A DNA stretch of 25,358 nucleotides from Verrucomicrobiota bacterium (GTDB lineage: Bacteria > Verrucomicrobiota > Verrucomicrobiia > Chthoniobacterales > UBA6821), in contig WBXG01000023.1 of the NCBI GenBank assembly GCA_008932965.1, positions 1-25,358 of the forward strand, in the 5' to 3' direction. The notes beneath the pieces are model-generated. The model searched no databases and was not told where the DNA came from. It saw only the letters and a list, made by a program, of their open reading frames with translations. The position numbers were made by a program, and so were the translations under genes. Position 1 is the first letter of the stretch; each line of letters starts with the position of its first letter. Shown piece after piece: positions 15,318-23,503 of this stretch.

Positions 15318-17909
15318 TCACCTTACTGAAAATCTATTTTTTTTCTTAGCTACTAAAGTGCTGCGAGATTTTGATGGTTTTTCTACTTTTTTTGAAACTA
15401 CTTTTTTAAAGGGTACTTTTTTAGAAGAGGCACTCACTTTTTTCTCGCGCGGTTCAAACTCAAAACTGACTTTATTGGCCTCTAGCTTGAGGTAGGCAGA
15501 AAATTTACGTCCTTTTTTAGAGACAAAGCCTGGAATCAAATCTGTTTTTCCAGAACTGAGGAGTTTAGCTGCTTGCACGGGAATGATCTCTCTTTGGAGA
15601 ATCATCTTACCTATACGAAAGGAACATCGTTCCTCTTTTTCTAATGAGCGATCACAGACATAGGCATTCATTCCAATTCGAACAACCCCTTTTTTACAGA
15701 GGGGGCAATCTCCTACAGATTCTGCAGCGCGTAGAGTTTCAAGAGCAGCGGGATCATCCTCACGTTCACCAAAAGAAAATTTTGTTTTTCCTTCTTCATC
15801 TAAAAGAATGGTGGCTGCAAAAAGTTTTCCAAAACGACTTCGGAATCCTTCCAGAGGACCCACCTGTTTGTTTTCAAGTAATTCTCGGACTTCTTCACGA
15901 TTAAGGGGACGACTTGCAACCGATTTCCAAACGCTTAAACCGCAACCACGGCATTTGAATTGGCGTATGTTTTCTTTGAAAAGACCTTGGCCACACTGAG
16001 GACATTGCACCTCCAGGTCAGGAAAAACTCCTGTATCTGCATCGTCATGAAATCCTTTAGCTTTTTCAATAATATCCGAGGTAAATGCTCGTATCTCTTT
16101 CATGAATGCAGGACGCTCTATTGTTCCAGCCTCCATTGCTTTGAGTTTGAATTCCCATTCACCAGTCATCTCCGGTGAAGTTAAAACGGCAATACCCATA
16201 TGCCTCAAAAGATGAATCAAGGCCATTCCCTTGCTAGTTGGCGTGAGCTCGCGTCCTTCACGAAGAAGATAATTATCTAGAAGGAGGCCTTCAATAATAG
16301 CAGCACGCGTTGCAGGCGTCCCTAGCCCACGTTGACTCATTGCATCACGCAGCTCTTCATCCTCCACAAATTTTCCAGCTCCCTCCATCGCACTTAGCAA
16401 TGTTGCCTCAGTAAACCGTGCTGGAGGTCGCGTCTGAGCCTCGTGCATTTCGACATTAATAGTTGAAGCAGCTTCTAATGTTCCTTTCTGAGAGGCAACC
16501 GCTACGAGCCTCTTATCTTGGTTTCCCTCTTCAGCTTCTAGCTTCTTTCCATAGACTGCTAACCACCCGGGATCGGTAAGAATTTTACCTTCACTTTTAA
16601 AATGCTCCCCCTCCACTGTTGTGATACGTGTGGTCACATCAAAACGGGCTGGAGGATAAAAAACAGCCACAAGTCGCTGGGCTACCATCTGGTAAATCTT
16701 GGCCTCCATCTCATCGAGCTTTGCTATGGAAGCTCCTGTAGGAATGATAGCATGATGGTCCGAGACTTTTTTATTATTGAACACTTTTCCTGTCTTCACG
16801 AGCCATCCTTTTTCTAGCAAGAGAGCTGCGTGTGCATGAAGTTCGCGGTCTTCTAATTTTTCTAATGCCTTTCGCACTCCAGCAATAGTATCCTCAGGGA
16901 GATATCGAGAATCAGTACGAGGATAAGTCAATACTTTGTGATGTTCATAAAGCCGTTGCGCCAGTTGCAGTGCTCTCTTGGCACTGAGCCCAAAGCGACT
17001 GTTAGCTTCACGTTGCAAGGTCGTTAAATCGTAGAGAAGTGGTGAGGCTTGGGAGGTAGCTTTTTTTTGCTCCTCGATTGACCCTGGTTTTCCTTGGCAT
17101 TTGACACAAATGGCTTCTGCTTGCTCTCTCTCCCAGAGGCGTTCTGGCTTGCGATCCTCCTCTTCTCCTTTTTTGAAATTAGGGTCAAACCACCTTCCTT
17201 CATAGGTTCCTGCATCTACTTCAAATTCTCCATGAACTTCAAAATAGGTCTGAGGATCAAAAGCACGTATACGCTCTTCTCTCTCGGCCAAAATCGCGAG
17301 TGTCGGAGTCTGCACGCGTCCTACAGGAGTGAGCTGAAAACCTCCACCACCGGAATTTAAAGCGGTGAGAGCTCGTGTGCTATTAATTCCAACAAGCCAA
17401 TCACTCTCTGCTCGGCAGAGTGCCGCATCTGCTAAATGTTCCATCTCCTTGGCCTGACGTAGATGAGCAAACCCCTCCCGAATCGCATCAGGGGTCATCG
17501 ATTGAAGCCATAAGCGTTGAACGGGCTTCTTGATTCTAGAAAGTTGTATGATGTTATGGAAAATGAGTTCTCCTTCACGGCCGGCATCACAGGCATTGAT
17601 CACCGAGGTAATATCGGGACGTTTTAATAATTTTTTGACCATTGCGAATCGATCTGCAGAACGAGCAATCGGCTTGAGATCAAATTCTTCAGGGAGGATT
17701 GGTAATGTTGCTAGCCCCCAAGGAATTCCTTTTCCGTGAGTCATCGAACTTGGAAGAGAAAGCTCTACAAGATGACCTACAGCAGAGGTAATGAGGTAAT
17801 TGTTCACCTCAAAAAAATCGACCTTACCAGCCTTGACTTTACCGCCAAGAGCCCTTGTTAAGTCAGCTGCAACACTCGGTTTTTCTGCGATAACAAGAAT
17901 TTTGGACAT
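15318..17909 (-). CDS. Type IA DNA topoisomerase, topoisomerase III-like, with C-terminal zinc ribbons and a Lys-rich tail
   Basis: 863 aa. TOPRIM N-terminus ILVIAEKPS, active-site Tyr motif LTYPRTDSRYLP (topo III style), C-terminal CPQCG...CRGCG and CPLCKKG...C motifs, and a basic tail KKVSASSKKVPFKKVVSKKVEKPSK. Confidence 0.9.
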   Translation of the reverse strand: MSKILVIAEKPSVAADLTRALGGKVKAGKVDFFEVNNYLITSAVGHLVELSLPSSMTHGKGIPWGLATLPILPEEFDLKPIARSADRFAMVKKLLKRPDITSVINACDAGREGELIFHNIIQLSRIKKPVQRLWLQSMTPDAIREGFAHLRQAKEMEHLADAALCRAESDWLVGINSTRALTALNSGGGGFQLTPVGRVQTPTLAILAEREERIRAFDPQTYFEVHGEFEVDAGTYEGRWFDPNFKKGEEEDRKPERLWEREQAEAICVKCQGKPGSIEEQKKATSQASPLLYDLTTLQREANSRFGLSAKRALQLAQRLYEHHKVLTYPRTDSRYLPEDTIAGVRKALEKLEDRELHAHAALLLEKGWLVKTGKVFNNKKVSDHHAIIPTGASIAKLDEMEAKIYQMVAQRLVAVFYPPARFDVTTRITTVEGEHFKSEGKILTDPGWLAVYGKKLEAEEGNQDKRLVAVASQKGTLEAASTINVEMHEAQTRPPARFTEATLLSAMEGAGKFVEDEELRDAMSQRGLGTPATRAAIIEGLLLDNYLLREGRELTPTSKGMALIHLLRHMGIAVLTSPEMTGEWEFKLKAMEAGTIERPAFMKEIRAFTSDIIEKAKGFHDDADTGVFPDLEVQCPQCGQGLFKENIRQFKCRGCGLSVWKSVASRPLNREEVRELLENKQVGPLEGFRSRFGKLFAATILLDEEGKTKFSFGEREDDPAALETLRAAESVGDCPLCKKGVVRIGMNAYVCDRSLEKEERCSFRIGKMILQREIIPVQAAKLLSSGKTDLIPGFVSKKGRKFSAYLKLEANKVSFEFEPREKKVSASSKKVPFKKVVSKKVEKPSKSRSTLVAKKKNRFSVR

Positions 17910-18270
17910 GAAAATGAAATAGAGCTTTTGTTTCTAATGATGCTTTATACTTACCAAAGAATGTTAGGAGATGATACACTGAAGCTCTCAAGGTACGAAT
18001 GGACAAACCTACGAAAACTAAAGAACTATGCAAGAAGGACCTACTCTTCATCTAAAGTGATGTAACTGCAGGAGGGTATTGGAAATCTAGGATTAGAAGC
18101 AATTTTAATTTTAATCTTGACTCTTGTTTTTGCTGCTTCCTCTTAAGAATTGCAATGCATGGACATTAAGAATAATGTCGCAAAGAATTATAATTTTCGT
18201 TTATTAATCAGTTTCCTCTTTAGGCCTCACCAATACTAGTTTTACCACTCGCTCTTGTTCCCATAATTTA

Positions 18271-18792
18271 ATGAATATGATCTCAGAGGCTTATCTCTCT
18301 CTTCTCGAAGCACTCCGTGTTAGTTGTAAATTACCAGAATTCCCAGATCCGCTTCCTTCAACTCAACTCGATTTAGAGTTGGAAAACGGACCTACAGTTA
18401 CTATCGATTTTGAAGAATCAGGCGAACTTGTGGTCATTTTTTCTCAAATTGGAACTTATTCTCCTGAGCAAGAATTAGAAGTTTTAAGAAAAATTGCAGA
18501 AGCTAATTTTCTCTGGACATCTAGTGGTGGAGCGACTCTGAGTGTTCGTCCTGAAATTCATACAGTCTACCTTGCATATCAAACACCTGCCTCCAGTTTA
18601 ACTGGTCTCGACTTTATTCAACGTGTTGAAAAATTCGTCGAGATAGTTCTTCAATGGCAGCACACTCTCTCTCAAGGCACTCTTGAAGAACCCCTCAATC
18701 AAGATACTAACGAATCCTCTTTAAACCCATTAGAAGCAGAAAAAGAGACGGCGCTCCCCACGCCCGGCAGTAATAATTACATTCTGGGATAA
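18271..18792 (+). CDS. Type III secretion chaperone-like protein (CesT/SycE-type fold) with an acidic C-terminal extension
   Basis: 173 aa, acidic. The pattern LLEAL...L.LD.E.G.TVTIDFEE.GELVVIFSQIG......E.E.LRKIAEANFLW..SGGATLSV......VYLAY......L....F...VEKFVEIVLQW matches the architecture of class I T3S chaperones. This is assigned by pattern recognition only. Confidence 0.55.
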   Translation: MNMISEAYLSLLEALRVSCKLPEFPDPLPSTQLDLELENGPTVTIDFEESGELVVIFSQIGTYSPEQELEVLRKIAEANFLWTSSGGATLSVRPEIHTVYLAYQTPASSLTGLDFIQRVEKFVEIVLQWQHTLSQGTLEEPLNQDTNESSLNPLEAEKETALPTPGSNNYILG

Positions 18793-18803
18793 ACACTCCC
18801 AAC

Positions 18804-18890
18804 TAACCTGAATAGTTCTTACTGATCGTGACAAGGAGGTCGTGAAGCCAGATGGATACTGCGTTAAATTTTCCGTTTCCCTTCAGGTTA
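18804..18890 (+). repeat. Mini-copy G of the intergenic element: 5' arm of about 60 nt plus a short 3' end
   Basis: Closed by taacctgaa / ttcaggtta (18804-18812 / 18882-18890). Positions 18805-18865 are colinear with the copy D 5' arm at 13273-13333 (aacc.g..ta.ttc.tactgatcgtgac...aag.c.gatgg..tac). It lies between the convergent ends of the chaperone-like gene and sufE. Confidence 0.7.
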
Positions 18891-18896
18891 TTAGGA

Positions 18897-19382
18897 TTAT
18901 TGAGTTGCATGACGGAGCAGCCGTTTTTCCCATACTTGAGAAGCCGTTTTAAGACGCGTGAGTAGATAGTAAACAGTTTGGCTGCGAGCACGAATAAGTT
19001 CTGCTCCTACAATTTTTGGAACAAAATCTTGGGGAATTGATTGTAGCTCTTCTGAGGTGATTCCATTGAGCCCTTTACACAAAATAGAACTCATAGCACG
19101 TGTTAAGGTTTGAACATGAGGGCCTAGTTGAATCTTAAAATAGTATCTTTGATTCTCATCCATCTTAAGATAGATACCAACGGAATCAGTGCATTCCTCA
19201 TCTTTTCGGACGTCTTCAAAATCAAAAACTTCTCCTTCTTTTGGGGAGTAGTTTTTGGATTGATCAGCGTAAGCAATGAGGGTCTCCCTCCGTTCTAATT
19301 CTGATAAACTTTCAAAAAGAGAAATAATATTTGCTAGTTTTTTAGGATAGTGACTCATAAGAAAAATAGAGAGTTGCTGCAC
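18897..19382 (-). CDS. sufE: Cysteine desulfuration protein SufE (sulfur acceptor)
   Basis: SufE-length ORF with a conserved Cys region (DEECTDSVGIYL) and SufE-like helices. The ORF-track start is a GTG at 19382. An ATG at 19358 (MSHYPKK...) is an equally plausible start. Confidence 0.8.
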   Translation of the reverse strand: MQQLSIFLMSHYPKKLANIISLFESLSELERRETLIAYADQSKNYSPKEGEVFDFEDVRKDEECTDSVGIYLKMDENQRYYFKIQLGPHVQTLTRAMSSILCKGLNGITSEELQSIPQDFVPKIVGAELIRARSQTVYYLLTRLKTASQVWEKRLLRHATQ

Positions 19383-19496
19383 AATTCATTCATCAAGCAC
19401 GAGCCACTGGATATTCATCACTGAAAGTCTGATGTATAAAAACTGTTGAGGGTTTGTTGCTCTTGTTGGAGTAGACTCATGCCTTGCAGTGACCCA

Positions 19497-20369
19497 TTAG
19501 CCATGATTTTCTTTTTTTTCTATCGGGGCTCCAACACGATTTCCCCACTCCGTCCAGGAACCGTCATAATTACGAACATGAGAAAATCCAAGAAGATAGG
19601 TTAGCACAAACCATGTATGGCTAGAACGCTCTCCAATTCGGCAATAGGCGATGACATCATCCTCTAATTGAAGCCCTAATTCCTGCTGATAAATTTTTCG
19701 TAATTCTTCTGCAGATTTGAAGGTCCCATCCTCATTGACTGCACGCTTCCATGGAACACTATGAGCTCCTGGAATATGACCACCTCGCAAGACCCCTTCT
19801 TGTGGGTAATCGGGCATATGAGTAATTTCTCCAGAAAATTCTCCAGGAGAGCGAACATCTATAAGAGGACGTTTCTGGTGACTATGAACTAAGGTATTTT
19901 CAAAAAAAGCTCGAATCTCATCATCAAGGCGTTTCAAAGGAATGGAATAGCTAGAAGGGGTTCTTTCTGGAAGATCACGAGTCAAAGGACGTCCCTCCGC
20001 TATCCACTTATCACGCCCTCCATTCATCACTTTGACCTTGGTATGGCCAAAAAGACGAAAAACCCAAAGCGCATAACAAGACCACCAATTGGACTTGTCA
20101 CCATAAAAAATAACTGTGGTTTCTGGAGTAATTCCATGACGAGAACAGAGTGCTGCAAAATCTTGAGGCTGGATATAATCTCGGATTAGCGGATCTTGCA
20201 AATCACGTCGCCAATCAATATGAACTGCACCTGGAAGATGACCTGTATCATAGAGTAGAATATCTTCATTGCTTTCTACGATACAAAGCGAAGGATCGAT
20301 TAAATGATCAGCTAGCCACTCTGTTGATACGAGTGCCTCTGGGTGAATGTAGTTAGAATTAGGAAACAT
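19497..20369 (-). CDS. Thiosulfate sulfurtransferase (tandem rhodanese domains)
   Basis: 290 aa with two rhodanese domains. The catalytic loop [12 protein letters not shown] (CRxGxR) is typical of SseA/CysA-type thiosulfate sulfurtransferases. Confidence 0.9.
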   Translation of the reverse strand: MFPNSNYIHPEALVSTEWLADHLIDPSLCIVESNEDILLYDTGHLPGAVHIDWRRDLQDPLIRDYIQPQDFAALCSRHGITPETTVIFYGDKSNWWSCYALWVFRLFGHTKVKVMNGGRDKWIAEGRPLTRDLPERTPSSYSIPLKRLDDEIRAFFENTLVHSHQKRPLIDVRSPGEFSGEITHMPDYPQEGVLRGGHIPGAHSVPWKRAVNEDGTFKSAEELRKIYQQELGLQLEDDVIAYCRIGERSSHTWFVLTYLLGFSHVRNYDGSWTEWGNRVGAPIEKKENHG

Positions 20370-20490
20370 AGTTGAGATTCAGTAGATGATTACATAGTGA
20401 TTCTCTATTGCCAAGGAACAATAAAAAACAAACTAGAAGAACAGGCCCATTCAACCTAACAACGTGAATGGGAAGGGAAATAAGGTTATA

Positions 20491-20560
20491 GCAGGGTGCA
20501 GTGCTAGGAACGAGCCCACAGATGCACGGGAAGAGGCATCCATCTGACTTCTCGGCTTAG
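20491..20560 (+). repeat. Partial copy F (3'-half fragment) of the intergenic element, directly abutting copy E
   Basis: gcatccatctgacttctcggcttag (20536-20560) matches copy D 13488-13512 at 22/25. gcagggtgcagtg resembles gtagggctgcatgtg of copy D. No terminal helix partner was found. Confidence 0.5.
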
Positions 20561-20804
20561 CCCGCCTATTTTATACTGGTTCATCGCGAGGCGCCGCGAA
20601 TCCTGATGCAGAAACCACAGGCGGTAGGGAGACCGCGGTGGAGACTGCCTTGGCTTTAAGGGGGCAGCCCTGAAAGGGCGAGACGAGCGGGAGCGAGCGA
20701 GTCAACGAAAGCTATTGATTACCTAATACTGCAGAAGAAATTTGAATCTAACACAGCAGAGATGAAGATCTTTCAAGGCGCAGTGGAAGTATCCTGAAGT
20801 AAGC
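20555..20804 (+). repeat. Copy E of the structured intergenic element, long form with the 81-nt GC-rich insert at 20627-20707
   Basis: The 5' arm tattttatactggttcatcgcgaggcgcc resembles copy C (aatttatactaaatcatcatgaggcgcc). The insert is 78/81 identical to 13339-13419. The 3' half gaatctaacacagcag...ctttcaaggcgcag is colinear with copies A and D. The outer closing pair is gctta / taagc (20555-20559 / 20800-20804). Confidence 0.8.
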
Positions 20805-20861
20805 AAGCAGCCTCATTACATTACTTGAAACAATCTCAATCGTTTTCAAGAGATTGAATGA

Positions 20862-21065
20862 CTATCTTTTTTTCTTAAGAAGAGGAAGTCCTGTACGAGT
20901 ATTCTCAGAAACTTCGTAACCTTCTGGAAGCTGATCAATAGCATCTTTACCCGCAACACCTGCAAAGTAGTAAAGAGTTACCTTTTGTCCACCTTTGAGT
21001 TCTTGAAGGCGAGAATGCAGAAAATATGTTTTTCCACTTTTTTTACTGATGGCGCTAAATGACAT
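20862..21065 (-). CDS. Small conserved-looking hypothetical protein (67 aa, basic C-terminus)
   Basis: ATG-initiated ORF 32 nt downstream of rpmB on the same strand, with a plausible globular composition and a C-terminal LLKKKR. No family recognised. Confidence 0.5.
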   Translation of the reverse strand: MSFSAISKKSGKTYFLHSRLQELKGGQKVTLYYFAGVAGKDAIDQLPEGYEVSENTRTGLPLLKKKR

Positions 21066-21097
21066 AATGTATTTCCTTTCTTGATATAGAATGCAAA

Positions 21098-21370
21098 TTA
21101 ATTGGATGAAATAATCCCAGCTTTCAAAAGCGTAGCATAAGCACCACGTTTAGAAATTGTTTTTAAAGCCCGTGTTGTTAGTTTCACAGTTACAAATTTG
21201 TTGAGCTCAGAAACCCAAACACGCTTTGTTTTTAAATTAGGAGTAAAATACCGGGCTGTTACTGCGGTAATATGCATGCCGATACCCCCTTTTTTCTTAG
21301 CAAGACCTCGACGATGGATTTTAGAACCGCGAACAGGGACGGATTGGGTAATGGAACATTTACAAGACAT
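21098..21370 (-). CDS. rpmB: 50S ribosomal protein L28
   Basis: 90 aa. MS.KC..T...P..G......G.AKKKGGIG...T....R.F.PNL..KR.W..E.NKF..LK.....LK.I.K.G matches the L28 pattern. Confidence 0.92.
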   Translation of the reverse strand: MSCKCSITQSVPVRGSKIHRRGLAKKKGGIGMHITAVTARYFTPNLKTKRVWVSELNKFVTVKLTTRALKTISKRGAYATLLKAGIISSN

Positions 21371-21409
21371 AATAGAACGGGTAATACTGAATTCTCACCC
21401 TCCTCTTAG

Positions 21410-22174
21410 TCAAGAACTTTTCTTAATAAAAATATTATGTTCTCTTAGAACAGACCGCTGATATTCCACTAGTTGGCTAATTCCCTCTCTCCCGTAAGCA
21501 AGCATGCTAGCAAGTTGATCGTTATTAAACACATTTTCCTCACCGGAGGCTTGAAGCTCAATAAACTCTAGAGACTCATTCATAACGAGATTTAAATCGA
21601 CTTGGGCATCTCTATCTTCCAAGTAATCCAAATCTAGAACGGCCTGGGAGTGAACTATCCCAACACTCACAGCAGCTACAAGTTTTTGCATAGGATGGAT
21701 AGAAATTTCATGACGCCTAACAAGGTGCTCACATGCTAAGGCCATAGCAACACTGGCTCCAGTAATAGCAGCCGTACGTGTTCCTCCATCGGCCTGAAGC
21801 ACATCACAATCTACAACAATTGTGCGTGATCCAAGCATTTCTAAATCAATTGCGGCTCTTAACGAACGGCCAATCAAACGTTGAATCTCGATAGAGCGTC
21901 CATCTACCTTACCTCGAGCCGAATCACGATTTTTTCTTGGAACGGTAGAATAAGGGAGCATGGAATATTCTGCCGTTAACCAACCACCTGTAACCCCTTG
22001 TTCTTTCATCCAACGCGGAACACTATTTTCAATATTGGCAGCACAAATCACTTGTGTATTTCCAAAAGAGATGAGAACTGAACCCATAGCTCGAGGGGCA
22101 ATATCTACTTGAAAAGTAATTTTTCGAAGAGCATTTCGTAATCGGTTTTGGAATCGGGAGAGTAATGGTATCAT
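21410..22174 (-). CDS. rph: Ribonuclease PH
   Basis: 254 aa with RNase PH motifs GSVLISFGNTQVICA and DCDVLQADGGTRTAAITGA. The start overlaps the upstream amidohydrolase stop by 4 nt. Confidence 0.93.
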   Translation of the reverse strand: MIPLLSRFQNRLRNALRKITFQVDIAPRAMGSVLISFGNTQVICAANIENSVPRWMKEQGVTGGWLTAEYSMLPYSTVPRKNRDSARGKVDGRSIEIQRLIGRSLRAAIDLEMLGSRTIVVDCDVLQADGGTRTAAITGASVAMALACEHLVRRHEISIHPMQKLVAAVSVGIVHSQAVLDLDYLEDRDAQVDLNLVMNESLEFIELQASGEENVFNNDQLASMLAYGREGISQLVEYQRSVLREHNIFIKKSS

Positions 22175-23430
22175 TTTTTTAAATATGAGGTCTCGATGAA
22201 CGTTGGAAACAATCTATTGTGAATCACTGCCTCACTAGCATTCTCCATTCTACCTAAAAAAGGAATCGCTATCATGTCTGCACAGGCACCACTGCCTAGC
22301 TCTCCAAGCCGTCCTTGCATAATAATAGCAGCAGCAGGATAGAGCGTGACCATTTTCAAAACTTCTTCTGGTTCTAACTCAGGGGCTGTAGAAACCAGTG
22401 ATTGCATTTCTTCAAAAAGATTGAGTGAATCGTTACTTGCTAAGCTATCAGTGCCAAGAAGAATGCGATATCCATTTTGATAAAAAAACTTCCAATCAAA
22501 AGGAGGACGGCTAAAAAAATGGTGGGTTTTAGGACAATGAATGATGAAAAAGTCATTGCCACGTGGGGCAAGTAACAGACGATCTTGATTACTCAGAAAA
22601 TTCATATGCACAAGCATTGAACCGCATGGCAATAAATTATTTTTTAAAAGTGTTTGCACAGCAGTGGAAGATCCACAGTCGGTCATATCCCGTTTAAAAT
22701 TCTTTAAAAATTCAAAAAGGGAGCCCTCTCTTTTTGTGAACATTTCAATTTCTTCTTCAGATTCTGCAAGGTGGGTACAAAAAGGGAGCTCATATTTTTG
22801 AGCAAGCTGAAAAGCATCTCGGTAGAGAGATTGGGAACTTGTGTAGGGAGCATGCGGTGAAATACCAAAATTGTTTTGGATGGATCCTTTCTTTTTTAAA
22901 AATTGCTCGGCAGCAAATAGTCCCTCCTCCCCTTGTTTGCTTCCACGAATATCCATGATCTCGATAAATTGCCATAAACGGATAGGAAGCAAGGGAAGCT
23001 TAGAATGGAGATCAGGAAAGGATTCAATATTACAAAGAGTAGTGCATCCCCAGGAACGCAACTCCTGGGCTCCCTCCACAATCGCTCCTAAGAAATCCTG
23101 TTGGGAAAGCGAACTTTTGATTTTGTTGAGTTGCTCCATCCACTCTGTAAAACTAGATCCTGATGTTAACTGACCTCTCATCATTGTATAATCAAGATGA
23201 GCATGAGCATTAATAAGTCCTGGCATGAGAATCACCTCTCCAAGATCGTGGCAAAGAGAACCCAAATACCTCCCGCGTAAATCGTGATATTTTCCAATAG
23301 CAATAATGATTCCTAGTCGTACGACAACCGCCCCATCCTCCACAATGGGGGCTGTTATTGGCATGACGTAACGTGCCCGATAAATGGAACAGTCTTCCCT
23401 TTTCGCACTCCTTGCAGTTGCTCCCATCAT
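22171..23430 (-). CDS. Metal-dependent amidohydrolase (chlorohydrolase / nucleoside-deaminase-like subfamily)
   Basis: 419 aa. It has the HxH metal motif GLINAHAHLD, internal HL/H residues and a C-terminal GTDS Asp motif. Substrate is not assignable from sequence alone. Confidence 0.8.
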   Translation of the reverse strand: MMGATARSAKREDCSIYRARYVMPITAPIVEDGAVVVRLGIIIAIGKYHDLRGRYLGSLCHDLGEVILMPGLINAHAHLDYTMMRGQLTSGSSFTEWMEQLNKIKSSLSQQDFLGAIVEGAQELRSWGCTTLCNIESFPDLHSKLPLLPIRLWQFIEIMDIRGSKQGEEGLFAAEQFLKKKGSIQNNFGISPHAPYTSSQSLYRDAFQLAQKYELPFCTHLAESEEEIEMFTKREGSLFEFLKNFKRDMTDCGSSTAVQTLLKNNLLPCGSMLVHMNFLSNQDRLLLAPRGNDFFIIHCPKTHHFFSRPPFDWKFFYQNGYRILLGTDSLASNDSLNLFEEMQSLVSTAPELEPEEVLKMVTLYPAAAIIMQGRLGELGSGACADMIAIPFLGRMENASEAVIHNRLFPTFIETSYLKK

Positions 23431-23503
23431 AAGTTACTGATCCATTTGAGTTGCTTTTATCCTCATTAATAGAGGAAAGAAAACATTATCAACATCAGGT
23501 CGA

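Noticed and set aside
17935-18095. Possible degenerate ninth copy in the topoisomerase / chaperone-gene spacer (ctttatac..., gaagctctcaagg, acaaacctacg, actgcagga, gggtattggaaat)
   Set aside because: There are only short word matches, they are not in the family's order, and the terminal pairing is weak (tctaat/attaga plus atac/gtat). The evidence is insufficient without a covariance-model score.
20602-20617. Hammerhead-like cctgatgcagaaacc in copy E, and catgaggcgccgtgcaaag in copy C
   Set aside because: There is no stem II between CUGAUGA-like and GAAA-like elements and no plausible stems I/III or cleavage site. The words are not conserved across copies.
1-20804. Possibility that the repeated intergenic sequences are a CRISPR array
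   Set aside because: The copies are 70-270 nt, kilobases apart and separated by housekeeping genes. They are diverged from one another. There are no short regularly spaced direct repeats and no cas genes.
20831-20856. Hairpin caatctc-N12-gagattg as the terminator of the rpmB / small-ORF operon (minus strand)
   Set aside because: The stem is 7 bp and AT-rich, the loop is 12 nt, and the trailing TTTCAAG tract is poor. It is too weak to call, although its position just downstream of the 67-aa ORF stop would fit.
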